The notes beneath the pieces are model-generated. The model saw only the letters and a program-made list of their open reading frames with translations, was not told where the DNA came from and searched no databases. DNA of 62,718 nucleotides, the filler included, from Sphacelaria rigidula (Eukaryota): assembly GCA_964200075.2 (NCBI GenBank). It is 5 parts of 5 records of this genome, joined end to end, with 100 filler letters (N's around TTAATTAATTAA, not from the genome) between each part and the next. Parts side by side here need not be neighbours in the genome. Positions count along the whole stretch, not along the records: positions 1 to 12,464 come from CAXNAA020003740.1; positions 12,565 to 25,028 come from CAXNAA020003741.1; 3 more parts are not named here. The stretch is one strand, 5' to 3'. The position numbers and the translations under genes were made by a program. The first letter of the stretch is position 1. Each line of letters starts with the position of its first letter. Positions 1 through 12,942 of the stretch are shown here, one piece after another.

Positions 1-600
1 AAAACGCCGCAATCATCAAACCGTTCAAATCATTCTATTTCGTAATTTCCGCACCGCGTTCGAGCATAGGGTCGACGCACTTGGTGGCTGTCTCGACATC
101 GAGAATACGCTTTGACGGAGGTGCCTACGGCAGTTCGCGCGCCGACGGCATAACGTGCTGAGTGAGTGTCTTGCCGCATTCTTCCATCGAAAAAAAGGGG
201 CGATTGCAATTAATTTTAGCGAAATTTGCTCGTTTCCTCTCGAGGTTGGTCGACGGGAATTTTCAAGCGTTCTATCGGAAAAGGACGGGAAAAATCGTGA
301 AGCGGTAAATGGTCGTTTGTGAACAATACAGACAGTGTGTACTACCTGCACTGTTTGAATGCACTGTATGTGAAGTTCGTGTCTGCGTGTTTCGTGCAGC
401 AGGATGTAAAATAGGATCGGGCAACATGCAGAGCTTCCACGGTAGCACCATATGTTCCCTCTGCCCACAATGATACGTGAAAAGGACTCGGACACCGCGC
501 AGCTTTGTACATGCCTTGTGTCCGGTACCGCGTCCGCGAGGGGGTTGGCCACCTTACCACGCCGTTCCAACCCTGATCCCGACGATGGAAAAAGATGGTC

Positions 601-1314
601 AAATTTTCACACGTCGGACGAGCACAAGTATGAATCGTGTCTCGCACTCGTTGGGATGCTCGTAGTTAAATTAAAAAAATAGGGTGAGTACTCGAGTCAT
701 TGCTGGTGGTGAAAAAAATGAACAGGACGAGTACTCGAGTCATTGCGCGTGGTGAAAGAAAAATCACAGGTCAGAGTGTTCATTACTCGGCGAAACGAGT
801 GCACTCGTGGGTGTTTTTTTTCAACACAACGAACAAGCATCGTGTGCTCGAGTCACGATTTCATTCTTCAACGAGCAACGACTCGAGTACTCATCGTCGG
901 ATTGCTGACTACTCCACTCAAGTCGTTCATCATGAGCAATGACTCGAGTGCTCGCCCTATAACTTTTTCCACAACGAGCAATGACTCCAGTATTTCGCCC
1001 TATTAATTTTTACCGCCAACGAGCAGCCCAACGATTGCGAGTGTCACGAGTCATACTCGTCCTCGCCCGGCGTGTTGAAAAACTATAGAGCGAGTACTCG
1101 AGTCATCGCTCGTAGTGTCACAAGTTAATAGGGCGAGTACTCGAGTCATTCCTCGTGGCAGAGAAAACTCATAGGTCTAGCACTCGAGTCATTGTTCGTG
1201 GTGGAGACTAATGAATAACTCGAGCACACGAGTCGTGCTCGTGGTGGTGTCGAGAAACATTAACGAGTGTACTCGTTGCGACGAGAAATGACTCGTCCGA
1301 CATGTGCAAGTTTT
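601..1314. mobile_element. Non-autonomous foldback/TIR element with internal ~44-bp repeats (possibly PIF/Harbinger-like)
   Basis: Terminal inverted match AAATTTTCACACGTCGGACGAG (601) / CTCGTCCGACATGTGCAAGTTTT (~1292-1314). The interior has about 9 copies of AGGGCGAGTACTCGAGTCATTGCTCGTGG in both orientations. The TTCACACGTCGGAC terminus is shared with the MITE at 32585-32850. Superfamily is inference. Confidence 0.6.
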
Positions 1315-2234
1315 CGCCGACAAAATGTATGCACAGCATACGCAACTACTGCAGTGCATCCATCCTTGTGCTCAACTCCTGCTTTATGCTGCAGGGTTGC
1401 GACCGTAGCTAACGATGAATGGTGTGTACTAGTTTGCATGATCATTTGAACGGATGGTATGTGGTGTGGTGGTCTATGTGTTAAGGGCCGAGCGCCTCTT
1501 GGTGCTTTTTGCCCGTATGTCTGTTAAGAAGAGGTGAGCTTGATCGTTTTTTACTTCTTCTCTGCTCGCCACTATGGCCGTGTCTTAGTATATCATTTTT
1601 CGATCGAAAACGTGCGGTAGAAAACAGAAACTCCGATTAAATTGGTCGTAATTTGAACCGGTTCCTACATAAATCACGATAGCTGAATAGCAGGGACGGT
1701 TTTGGAAGGACGAACCTACGTCTGTGACCACGGGTTCGAGAAATCGGACAAATGTGCGGAAACGAAAATTTAATATGAAATAGCTGAAATTACGGCCTAT
1801 AAAATCGGAGTCTTCCTGTTCCACCGTACATTCTCCATATAAAAATGATATGCGAAGGCACGCCATAATGATGACACAAGCGTTGATGCCAACTACGAGC
1901 AGAATGCGGTTGACAAATGCGATGGCAATTATTTTTTCCACCGCATTTTTTCGAGCGACATGAAGATATACGAAGATTTGTCATCTATGGGAGGGTGCTG
2001 ACGTCGAAATATGATGTTTCACCGCTGGTACACACCACCCCCCTTTGCTTGCTTTGGCGCCAACCCGCGACGGGCAGGAATCGCTAAACCAAACCCGATT
2101 GGCCCCTCTGTACCTCTCCATACATAAGACTCGTCCCCCAGTTGAGACGAACGCCTATTCCGTGGCAACAGAAAAGGTGAACACCGGTCGCTTAGCGGTG
2201 TTCACTGACCGCGGAAGGAACAAGTACGAAAGGA

Positions 2235-2375
2235 ACAGGTACGGTAGGTACTGATATATTGAACTACCGGGGTATCGTGGGTATCGTAGGTATGACACTT
2301 GAAAATACCCGATTGGGTCGGTATCGGTACGTAGGGTATGAGATGTCCGAAATACCAGTACGGGGTACCTGGCTT
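2235..2375 (+). repeat. Dispersed GGTATC/ATACCC-rich repeat with internal subrepeats (copy 1)
   Basis: GTATCGTAGGTATG...GAAAATACCCGATTGGG...GGTATCGGTA...AAATACC.GTAC..GGTAC motif series shared with 3290-3680. Confidence 0.55.
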
Positions 2376-3289
2376 ACCCTCTATGCCGATTTCAAGACTA
2401 TCATCCGGCAGTGCGGAGAAGCGTTTGAGATCCCTGTGCAAGTTCGGAAGTCAAATTATTGATGTGCCCGAGGTGGGCAGCGCCACCCCCCACGCACACT
2501 ACGCACAACGCTGACCTGCAGACCTCGAAGTACATAGAATCCCATCACGACCACCAGCTGGATTGTTGCGATCGGCTGACAGGGCGAGACCCCCAATCCA
2601 TGGATCGATCATGAGTACTGCGTGGTGATTTTCGTGGTCATTGATGTGGGTGCAGAGACGAGAGCACTCTGAGGATAGAGCAGTGGTAAGGGCAAATTTA
2701 AAATTTAATGGGCAGATTTTCATTTCGAGGGGGGAGCGCTGTAAATTGTGGCACTGAGGAATTGCAGTAGTATGTAAGAGGAGGTGCAATAGTGCGCAGG
2801 ACCAGGGTTTGCCTCTCCATGTGTTTGTACTTTTTCATGTAGAGCACCCGGCAATGGCACAGTAAAAACAGTATATATATATATGTGCGGTTTTCACTTG
2901 GTATTTTGGCTCCTTGTTGTCTATTTTGTGTGGCTTCTGCGACCCCTCGCGGTTTTTTGTTGCTTTTCCTCCTTCTCGTTTTTTTCTCTCTGCTTGTTTG
3001 CACGTGAAATATTATCGTGTACAATGCTCATGTTCGACATGAACGATTAAACAATGTACAGCGCCGCAACGATGATAAAATTTCCATATCCATTGACTAC
3101 CCAGATAATCAGACTACATCATCATAACAAGTTCATTCGAATTGATCCAAACACAAAACTCAGGGGGGATCAGGGTATATATTACTTGTGAAAACAAGAC
3201 GTACCTGCTCTCAAACTTTGGCCTTTGCGCAAGTTGGGACCAGCTGCTGCACCGTGGGGATCGCATCGCGTCTGGCATTCAGTGTATAT

Positions 3290-3680
3290 TCCCGGTATTT
3301 CCCGCGGTATCCCATGACCGTGGTTCGCATGGGTATCGTAGGCATTAGGTCTCAAAATATCCGATTGAGCGGGTACGGTAGGTGTTGAAATATCGCAATA
3401 CCGTAGTATCATAGGTACGGCATTTCAAAATACCCGGTTGAGCGGGTACAGTGGGTGATGGAATTTAGAAATACGCCGGTATCGTAGGTATCGTTGGTAC
3501 GATTTTCGAAAATACCCGATTGGGCGGGTATGAAAGGTATGGAAACCTCGAAACACCGCGGTATCGTGGGTGTCATATACATGATATTTGTAAATACACG
3601 ATTGGACCCGTATCGGTAGGGTGTGCGATGTTCCAAATACCGGTACCAGGTACTGGCCTCTACGAATAACCTAGGGTACC
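3290..3680 (+). repeat. Dispersed GGTATC/ATACCC-rich repeat, degenerate tandem subrepeats (copy 2)
   Basis: Several copies of (A)AAATA(C/T)CCG(A/G)TTG(A/G)GCGGGTA and GGTATCGT(A/G)GGT; homologous to 2235-2375. Confidence 0.6.
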
Positions 3681-4739
3681 TGTTGTGCAGTCTGCAGTCT
3701 CATCACATACATTAAAACTCAAGCACCCATAGCTGCCCGTAACTACAGCGTGGCTATAGGCACCGCGCGTGTGTGTAGTGTGTTGAGTTGCTAATTTTTA
3801 ATAGCAGCAGGTCGTCGACCTCGCACATCGCACACTCGCGAGCACCTGTGAAATAGGCCGCATGGCGCACCTCCCTACCCGGGAGGGAGGCTTCGAGGGG
3901 TAGCGGCCTCTGTACTGTACAGTACAGTATATTTACACTGTACAGACAGTACAGTATGTTTAGATATCGTATGAAAAAAGACTAACCCTACTCCCTACTG
4001 TATATGTTTCTTTGTATATACTACAGTATATCCAGACGCGAGTATCATATGCTGTACACGCGGTCGGTTTGACGCGATAGCACCCCCTTGTACAAAGCAA
4101 GTGCGGTACCTCCAAATAAGACTGCCTTCACGCAACTATAGAGTGCTACCCATTACTTACTGCACCATGTGCCAAAACGGGTCTAACCTCCAAGCGTGAG
4201 TTAGTTTGATGGCGACGACATTTCGATAAGCAGGGCACACACGACCTCACTATGCACAGATACGCCAGAGGCTTGTCCTCACCTGATTGCGGTATTTGTT
4301 CGCAGACGTCGAACCCTATTTGGCCACGGTCTCCCAGCACAGATCAGCATGAGCTGCGGCCGCCTCTACGAGCGCGTCACCCTTCACACTAGCGTCCCGC
4401 CGTGGGGTCGGCCCATTGTGTAGCGCCGCCTCGCACCGACAGTCGCTGTAGCCTCGTGAGCGAACTCTCGAGGATTGTGTGCGAAGTGTACGCAAACCTC
4501 CAATATCCGGTCCGCCATAGCAGTCACATCTCCGTAGACGTGGGCGTCAACCGCAATGCGCACTGGATGGATACTCGTGATAGAGGCTCGCGTGTTGCGC
4601 CATTGCGTTGGATACCAGATGAGGTATGCAGGTAGTACGAAGCTCAGGCATCACTGAAGATACAGACACCCAGCAACACATGCTTTTTGGTTCATGTAAT
4701 CTATGGTTGATTTCAGGTGACGAAAATGAGCTTTCGTGC

Positions 4740-5042
4740 TAGACGACTAGACCAGTCTTGGACAGTCTTAGGGAACCGTAATAAAAGTGCTCATTTTGAC
4801 GACCGTGATTGATCGGAATGGTCATAACACGTCTCTCAAGCCCCTTGCACGGCCCATAATTTTCCGCGGGAAACTCTTAAACACGCATGGTTGTCTCCGT
4901 GAGCTTCGGCGGTGGTCTGCGTACAGACTCCCCCCCCCGCGCCTCAAAATCCCCCCCCCCCGACCACTGGAAACCCCTGGATGCCTCGGGACTGTCCGCC
5001 TGTACAACTGTTCCGAGGCGACGCTCGTCGTCTAAGGGTTAA
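4740..5042. mobile_element. piggyBac-like MITE (family A, copy 1)
   Basis: Right end GTCGTCTAAGGG|TTAA with degenerate left TIR TAGACGAC; homologous in reverse orientation to 45707-45992. Confidence 0.6.
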
Positions 5043-5361
5043 AGCGAATGATCAAAGCCACTCTCGATCGTATCATCTACTCTCAATCTCACGAAAACAC
5101 TGTTATGCGTGGCCCGTGTGCCTATACGAGTAGTAGAAACACCGCTGGAGTTATAGATCCTCCACCTGTTTTATGGATCTGGCCTTAGTTTGGGGGACTT
5201 GTGTCAACAAACGCTGTACTACTCAGTCAGTCGGGATACAGTACTAGTAGGTGTCTCTCTACTTGTATCAAGTAGAGTATAGGTGCCTCGAGACTTCTCA
5301 TGGGGCGTTCTATACTCTCTCCAGCACTCCACAGTAGTACAGTACGAGTAGTGGCCCCGCC

Positions 5362-6398
5362 GAGGGGCCCCATATCGGGAAATTCAGGCACCACCCCCCC
5401 TCCCCTCGCCGCACAAACCTTATTCTGGGGTTGAAGAAGGGGGAGGGTACCCGATTTCATGGAAGGGGTACCCCCCTGATCGCTGGATGATGGCGATAGT
5501 AGTTGCTGTACTACATCGCACGTGTTTGCCGGTAACGTCGGCCTTCGCTGGTTGTACCAAAACGGTAGGTGGTAGGGGTAAGTCAAAGCAAGCAGAGAAA
5601 AACATGCCCGCAGAAGCAGGGAGTGAAGATCAAAGCGCTTAGGGTGCCAGCGCTGGTAATGTGCCGCAGATTCCAGAAGTCTTGCAAGGGGTGAACGTGA
5701 AGTGGGCGCGCACGCCTGGCACCCGGGGGTTTGCATGGATCTACCCTTGCAGGCATAACAATATCAATATCACGTTAATTACGTTTCATGACTGCCGTTG
5801 CCTCGATGTTGGATATTCTTTTTCGCAACACCACGTCCATAACATTCCCCTTCGCAGCCTCTCCCTCTCTTATGTCGCAGTACAGTATGAATTACGATAT
5901 GTAGATCTATGAGTTGTATGAACACGGCTGTCTACCCAAACGCGGGCAAAGTACGTGATTATCTGCAACTCACACATTGTGCACGTCTATAATATCAGAA
6001 CATTTTCGTGTCGGCTGGTAACGCCGCACAGTCAACTTATTGCATGTCCATTTCAGTCATTCAGTAACAGTACAGAAGTCTTCATCGTACACCGCCCTTC
6101 TTAGCATGGCGGCCGTATCACTGCGATAGTGCCAGGTCGATAACAACCGGTCTTGCAAAAGCCGGCGGGACTCAATATTCATTATCCAGTGATCGCCGCG
6201 ACTCAAAATTAATTTTCCAGCCGGCAAAATTGCTCCCCGATCGCAACTGACACACCAAAACACTGCTCACGTTGAGGCAAACCCGGAGATATCTAAATGA
6301 TCGTTCAATTCTGTATAATAGTGGAGGATTTTCCTCATTTTCGACCGCGGGTAGGGAGGGTAGCGGTGGTGCATGGATTTCCCGACATGGGGCCCCTC
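5362..6398. mobile_element. Non-autonomous Mutator-like (MULE) TIR element, ~1.04 kb
   Basis: ~35-bp TIRs GAGGGGCCCCATATCGGGAAATTCAGGCACCACC / GGTGGTGCATGGATTTCCCGACATGGGGCCCCTC. Flanks GGCCCCGCC / GGCCCCGCT give a 9-bp TSD with one mismatch (or a perfect 7-bp GCCCCGC if the ends are shifted by 1). No transposase ORF. Confidence 0.65.
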
Positions 6399-6506
6399 GG
6401 CCCCGCTCGTAATAACCGAGGTTGCGAGAAAATCAGGCTGAAATCTCGAACAAAATTAGAGTCTTCGCAAAGATCGCTATACTATGTGCAATACAGCAGG
6501 CCTTAG

Positions 6507-6964
6507 ACCACTTTGTTTGGTAACCAATCCGTACTTGTACAAATATGAGGATCTCAGCCCGCTTAAATCTGATTTTCTCCCGTTGATTGATTTTTCTGAC
6601 CCCAGTCCATTGGGCAATGTTTTTCGCCTAGCTCTGAGGAAACCAGATCAATTCTCCGATTACCTGGGCGCTGACTTTTGGTTCATCACCTTTCTGCTCA
6701 GATCAGAAGACTCTCGCATCTCCCCCGATTTGGGCCCCAGATTCGGGGGAGATGCGGGAGTCTCCCGATCTGAGCAGACAGGTGATGAACCAAAAGTTAG
6801 CGCACAGAGAATCGGAGAGTTGATCTGGTTTCCTCAGAGCTAGGCGAAAAACATTGCCCAACGGACTGGGGTCCGAAAAATCAATCAACGGAAGAAAATC
6901 GGATTTAAATGGGCTAAGATCCTCATATTTGTACAAATACGGATTGGTTGCCATACAAAGTGGT
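6507..6964. mobile_element. Palindromic (hairpin) MITE, family B copy 1
   Basis: Whole element is an inverted repeat with ~225-bp arms, centred near 6735. This is why the ORFs 6484-6843(+) and 6703-6972(-) translate almost identically. Homologous to 17390-17839. Confidence 0.85.
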
Positions 6965-7627
6965 TTCAGCATCAGATACGAACCTCAGAGTGAGCCTGAT
7001 TTTCAGTTTCCCACGAGCAGGCGCTGCTCTATAAAAGTATGTCCAATACTATACGAAGTATAAAATATAGGGCAAATCAGTACCGGGGTTGTACAGCAAG
7101 CCCCGCGAGCTAAATAGTGCGCCGAAGTGGGTGAGGTATACCAGGTGTTTATTGTGTGCCGCTGTCACCGAATGTATAATGGTGTGTGAGTGTTACTGCT
7201 GTGCCCGTTGTGATGTCCCAATCAAGAACGTCGAAGATCGACACATTAACGAAGCCATGCACAGCCGCTACTCGGATAGTAACCAATACCATGCAAGAGA
7301 GTGACTGCAATGTTGCAATGGTTCATGTACACGAGCAAATCTGCCACAATACGCGCCCTTTACCGTTCAGCTCTACAGCCGTCAGCAACGCGTCGCGATT
7401 CAAGTACATAATTGTATGAGCTATGAATCATAGATGTCTAGCGACATCACTAGGGAGGGTCAAATAACGACCTGACGCCGGTCTACTTGCTTCGGCGGAT
7501 CTCGTACCCGTGAAGAAAAGCCATCCCAGTGATACGTAACCCGTCGGTTTCACGCTCCATGCCGCACGCTGCTGCACGCTCCTCCAACACGCCAAAATCT
7601 GCCGAAAAAGCTCTGTGTCAGCGGGAG

Positions 7628-7880
7628 AGTGATGCCGCGGTAGCCCCCCCCCCCCTCTAACCCAGCCCGAAACTGTCACAAATAAAATGGTCGTACGGCG
7701 CACAATAGCTGGTTTCAGACTTCATGAAGCCCCTCATATGGGCGACATCGGCGACAAAGATCCCCAGTATGGGGAGTTCCAAGCTGATCCGTGTACTCGG
7801 CTTTCGTCATTTTGGTTCACATGAAGATTTTGCCTCCTCAAACCAGCTATTTTTCTGGGGGAGGCTACCGCGGCATCACT
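7628..7880. mobile_element. MITE, family C copy 1
   Basis: Perfect 18-bp TIR AGTGATGCCGCGGTAGCC / GGCTACCGCGGCATCACT; interior homologous to 7965-8217. Confidence 0.7.
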
Positions 7881-7964
7881 AGCCGGGCGCAACAACTGTT
7901 GTCTCCCGTTGCACCGGACGTGCATTATGCTTCTGCAGTATCTTGAATTTTGGGGTCTCCATTA

Positions 7965-8217
7965 GACACTTTCTACGATAGCCCCCTCCCCGAAACCAGC
8001 CCCAAACTGTCACGAAAAAAATGTTCACACAGCGCCTGATGTTTGGGTTTAGGCTGCATGAAGCGCCTCATAGGGGCGACATTGGCGAGAACGAACCCAA
8101 GCGTGGGGGTTCCCAGCTGCTCGTTGTGCTCGGCTTTTTCCATTCCGATTTCATGTGCACATTTTTCCACCCTAAACCAGCCACTTTTGGGGGGGAGGGG
8201 CTATCGTAGAAAGTGCC
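7965..8217. mobile_element. MITE, family C copy 2
   Basis: TIR CACTTTCTACGATAGCCCCT / AGGGGCTATCGTAGAAAGTG; ATTA on both flanks (4-bp TSD). Confidence 0.75.
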
Positions 8218-11200
8218 ATTAGGTTCATATATCTGACCCGTGGTTCAAGGATGAAAGTGTGCGTGTGCCGCGCTTATTTTGTGTTTCCTAGTCTGAACCA
8301 TGTCCCCACTAAACGATTCGATTGAGCCAAGGAAAGCTCACACGAACGGTAGGTACAAACGTTCAGAGAAGAATCTTAGTCGGAATAATATGAAAGCGAT
8401 CACTGTTTATCACGCTGTGTGCGCTGATGAGGGCGCGTCTTGAAGAAAAAAAATGTGTCGATGATGTGCGGTGGAAAACACCATCGTTTCTCTTGGCGTG
8501 ATATATTCTGTTTTGTCACAGAAATATTGAGCATTTTTTTGTAATGGTTGGGCTCGGCGACGGAATTGTGTCGTAGGGTGGGCGACCGAGGTGCGAACAC
8601 GCTCACAGACAGTACAGGTGGTACAAAGCTGCATGTTGCTCAAATCTTCTCCACATTTTCCTGTATGCAGATAACAGTCCTCGTGTGCTATCTGTAGAGC
8701 ACATTGCCCGCTTCTTTTTAACACGCTACTATACTAGCTGTATGGAGACAGCACAGACCGTACTGTACTGTGTGTACTGATTGGAAGTGAACAAGTCTTG
8801 TTTTCACGAATTCCATCGTTTTTTTTCGATCGAAAGCGTGCAAATTCTCGGATCCCAACCGCGAAAAACAAACGACGTCGATCGAATCAATGCCACCGCA
8901 CTAATTTCGTTCGATGGCAAAAACAAATGATACGACACGCGCTAAAAAAGCATCATCCAGCCCCAAAAGAAATTGCAATACGCGAAGAAAACACCAATTT
9001 TTGGGACACTTCGATGTCGTGCGCCATCGCAACGAAGTGGATAGATTTCCCCAGTGCCTGTATCACACCGCTGGGCAAAGTGCCTGTACGTTTCTGCACC
9101 TGACTCGTCCTCCATAAGCAATACATACTGTCTCGAACACGACCGGGAGCTCTGCGCCCAAAAGCAGTTCATTTGCCAGACTCCTGAGTCATGACCAACC
9201 GAAACAGATATATGGGGTTCAAGAGATGGTCGTTTGCACGAAAGAAAAAAAACCGATACATTCGAGATCTGTACCATATTCTGCACTACTACCACTTTCA
9301 AGTGCACCCTGTACTGTAGGGTGGTGCAAGCTCAATGAAGACCCAACCAGGCTACAGCCTTGCTGCTATATATCGCTCTCCCGTTAGCCCAAGCCAAACT
9401 ACGGTATCAGTGTACGAACGGAAACACTACAGCACTACGGGGATGTCTTATCGATGACTATAGTTTGGACATGGAAATGATGCAGTGTCATTGGTTGTCG
9501 GCATGTGGTTCGTTTCGCGTACTGCCCGTTTCGGGTCCAGAAACGCTGAATCAGCTGAAAAGTGTGGGGGGGGAAAACTCAATCAATGGAAAACTACACC
9601 CATCATCTGAAGTTTTTGCACATGTCGACTGCGAGACCCGATGCGCTCTATTTCATGCCCGATAACCCAGGCTGTAGCTCTGGGTGGGCCGATATGAGAC
9701 ACTCAATAAAACAGGGACCGCGTACTGAGGTGGGCTATGGCTACACGTCCACGGTAGTTACACATTTAGCGTGAGTTTCTGTGGCTGCTTATGCCCGCGT
9801 TGAAATCGAGCAGATATTTTCTCCGTAGGATGTCAATGTTAACACAAAGGTCATGACGCTGCGTTATGATCACTTCTTACCGGAACACAAATGCCGTACG
9901 AAAAAACTGCTGTCGAATATATTTCACAGAGAAGAAACGTGAAATCATGTGTCAAGTTCTGCATGTCACGCACGCAGGAGTATTCTTCTAGTATATAGAG
10001 AGGCAGAATCGTGTTTGCCTAGCAAAATGGGCACTACGAGTACACGACAGAAAACGCATGTTGGTGGTAAAACAACACGATAGCTACCCAGCCACGACTA
10101 TCCTTTGGTCAAGACGAGGGTTGCTGGAAAATTTTATTTCTACAATGAACAGATGGATAAAAATGAAAGCTTTCCGCATATCGACTGGATACCGAGTGAT
10201 GGATTGGAGCAATGGAGGAGGTTGGGTGTGTTTATTTATGGCCGAAACATGGCATGTACAACAATGGTGCTTGTTTTCGGTTGCGGACAACTTGAACGCA
10301 AAACAGTTTTCGTCCACGTTGGGTCTGCGTAGCAATAAGACAAGCGGAGAGAGGTCCAGAATACACGCAACAGCTTTGAGCCTAGTCCCTGCTTATCTAC
10401 ACGCGCACATGGCTTGTTACGACGGGAATCCACGTCAGCATAAATAGTTCTACAATCGGTACTGCTGCCTTTGGATTGCGGAAACTGATTGTGGAGTTTT
10501 TATCCGCACTGCAATCAATGTGCGGGACTAATTGTTGCGGCAGCGCTACCTCCGACTTCATATTGCGCACGAAACCTTGCTGGTCGATCTCCTATAGCTC
10601 CTTCGATAGCTCGAAATTGGAGGATATTCGCACAAACACCCCAGATCCGCAAAATATTTGCCACGGCTCCGATTCCTCTGCCTGCATGTCAATACCGTAA
10701 TTCTCGGGGCAGGGTGATGCGTGTTGGTGTGTCTCGCCTTTTCTTCGTTGGTGGAGACGCCAGTGACTGGGTTACTGTACTAAGTCAGGGGTGCTATCAA
10801 CATGCATGACGGGTGCCCTCCAGACAATCTGGAACGATTGTTTTTACCGTGACCACAACGGACATGCACTTTCATTCGAGAAGTTCCTGGATAAGATCGT
10901 ATACTCAAAAACCATGAACGCAAGTATCGGACGTGTTGTGTTGGGAGCGTATTGTTTGTCGCCATACGAAGTGGTCGAATAACATGAACGGCGTGGAGCT
11001 ATCAGGGCGGGCCTTGTGTCCGTCGACCCAATATTTCGCCGCCATGTTTTTTTGCTCGAGGTACAGATTTTCCTGCTTACAGCCAATGTGTGCTGTACAC
11101 AACGACCGGACGCACTGCTGAGGTGATGTGTTTATACAAGAATCCATTAGTGACAGAGTGTTCGCGGATCAAATTTGGCTTGAGGGAGTCTCATCCCAGA

Positions 11201-12389
11201 ATCACATACCCAGTTCGTGAAATTCACGAGTTACCGAGATAACATATGTTGCGAACTTCCCGAATATCTATATTTTTATCCATGCCTCCGCATTTATGAC
11301 TCGTGTGGGTACTCCGGGGCAGAAGGTGGGGGGGGCACTACAAGTTCAGCATAGGACGCAGTACAGTGCACTAGCACAGCACTGCTCCATGAACTGTACC
11401 GTAGTACAAACAGTATGATATAGTGCAGGCGTTCCGTTATGTGTGTAAAGCAATGTGCCATGAAACAACATCGTGTGAATCGACCAGCACGAATAGCAGA
11501 TGTTCTGTGATATACCTCCACAACCAGTAACTTAGCCATCTAATATATGCTTGAGTAGAGTTTTTCCGCTTTTAAGGATCTTCTCTTCATTTTTTATATT
11601 TTGGGGAGTGGCGGGGGCTTGAGAAATCGGTTTGTCCACCCCAGCCAGAACTGCGTCTTTACACGGTGCTCGATGAGACATTTTCAGTCTTCCTGAAAGA
11701 TTGATGAGAAAAACGAAATGATGCGGTTCGGACCGGCCCAAAATATTTTCTCGGTCCCCACACTCGCTTTCGGACGAGGATGCGGTCAGTCTGTCTAAGG
11801 GTCCGCACATGTCGTCATTGAAATCCGGGTGGCTATACTTAGCTTCGAGATGAACATATTCATCGAGGTTAGGTCTCCAATATCGCTGAATCGCCTGCAC
11901 TTCAAAGCCTCTGGTCAGTACCCTCATGTCATTCGTTGACTGCTTCTCGCGGGCAGACATGCCACACTTGAAATAAGATCATGTCCTCACAGTTCCACGT
12001 TTTTTCGTTATTTCTTGCCTGCCACGTTTGTGAATGAGGTCACGAAGATGCACACGGACATGATGTTTTGTCGACATTATCGATGCCGATATGTCCTCCA
12101 AGTACAGCGCTCGTGAAGTGTCTCACCATGCCCATAACGACCTACACTCGTGTCTACCTTTACGAGTTCGGATGAACGGAGTACGCGGAAATCTCAACAG
12201 GTTATTGCTGGCTTGGTTGGACCTTATTGAACTATACTTTTTTCAAGGAAGGTCTCTGGTTTCTGTGTGTCGACAGGAAAGTATTCTGGGCTATGTCCAC
12301 AGCATACGATACTGACGGTCTTCACTCCGGATTGTCGTGTGTTGTCGTGCATGTGCAAGTCAGGCGAGTCATTTCTGACAGACGATGCT

Positions 12390-12464
12390 TGTGTGTTGTG
12401 TGTGTGTTGTCGTCCCATTTATTCTGGACGCCAGTCTACCCCTTTCGGGATATGTGGGCGCATC
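12390..12464 (-). mobile_element. tRNA-derived SINE (family S1), 3' tail fragment at contig end
   Basis: TGTGTGTTGTCGTCCCATTTATTCTGGACGCCAGTCTACCCCTTTCGG matches the S1 tail; truncated by the linker. Confidence 0.75.
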
Positions 12465-12564
12465 NNNNNNNNNNNNNNNNNNNNNNNNNNNNNNNNNNNN
12501 NNNNNNNNTTAATTAATTAANNNNNNNNNNNNNNNNNNNNNNNNNNNNNNNNNNNNNNNNNNNN
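12465..12564. other. Artificial contig linker
   Basis: N44-TTAATTAATTAA-N44 (stops in all six frames). Confidence 0.98.
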
Positions 12565-12942
12565 CTCGCAAATGGTTGATACTGACCGTTTACATCAAAC
12601 ATTGCATGCAGTCCCGCGTTCGACCCTGGCCTTTCCCCTCTCCCTTTGCCTTTGCCCCCGCTGCCGCGCGATCGCCTACAACAGCTTGTGCCTCCATCCT
12701 CTCCACACGTGAGTGCAGGTTATGACAGCGGTGGTGACGGTGATAACGATGACGAAAATGACGGTGACACCAGTAGCAATGATGGCAGTAGTGGCGACAG
12801 CGATGATAGCCATGATAGCAGTAGCGATGACGACAGCGATGATGATGGCGAAAGAGACAGCGAAAGTGACAGTGACGACGACAGCGGTGATAGCAGTAGT
12901 GACGACAGCAGCGATGACGACAGCGGTGATAGCGGCGTTGCC

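Noticed and set aside
680..1250. CRISPR-like repeat-spacer appearance
   Set aside because: Repeats are degenerate and switch orientation, linkers are short and similar to each other, the array sits inside TIRs, there are no cas genes, and the context is eukaryotic.
6484..6972. Near-identical ORFs on opposite strands (also 17391-17840 and 17491-17766)
   Set aside because: Artefact of palindromic MITEs; not proteins.
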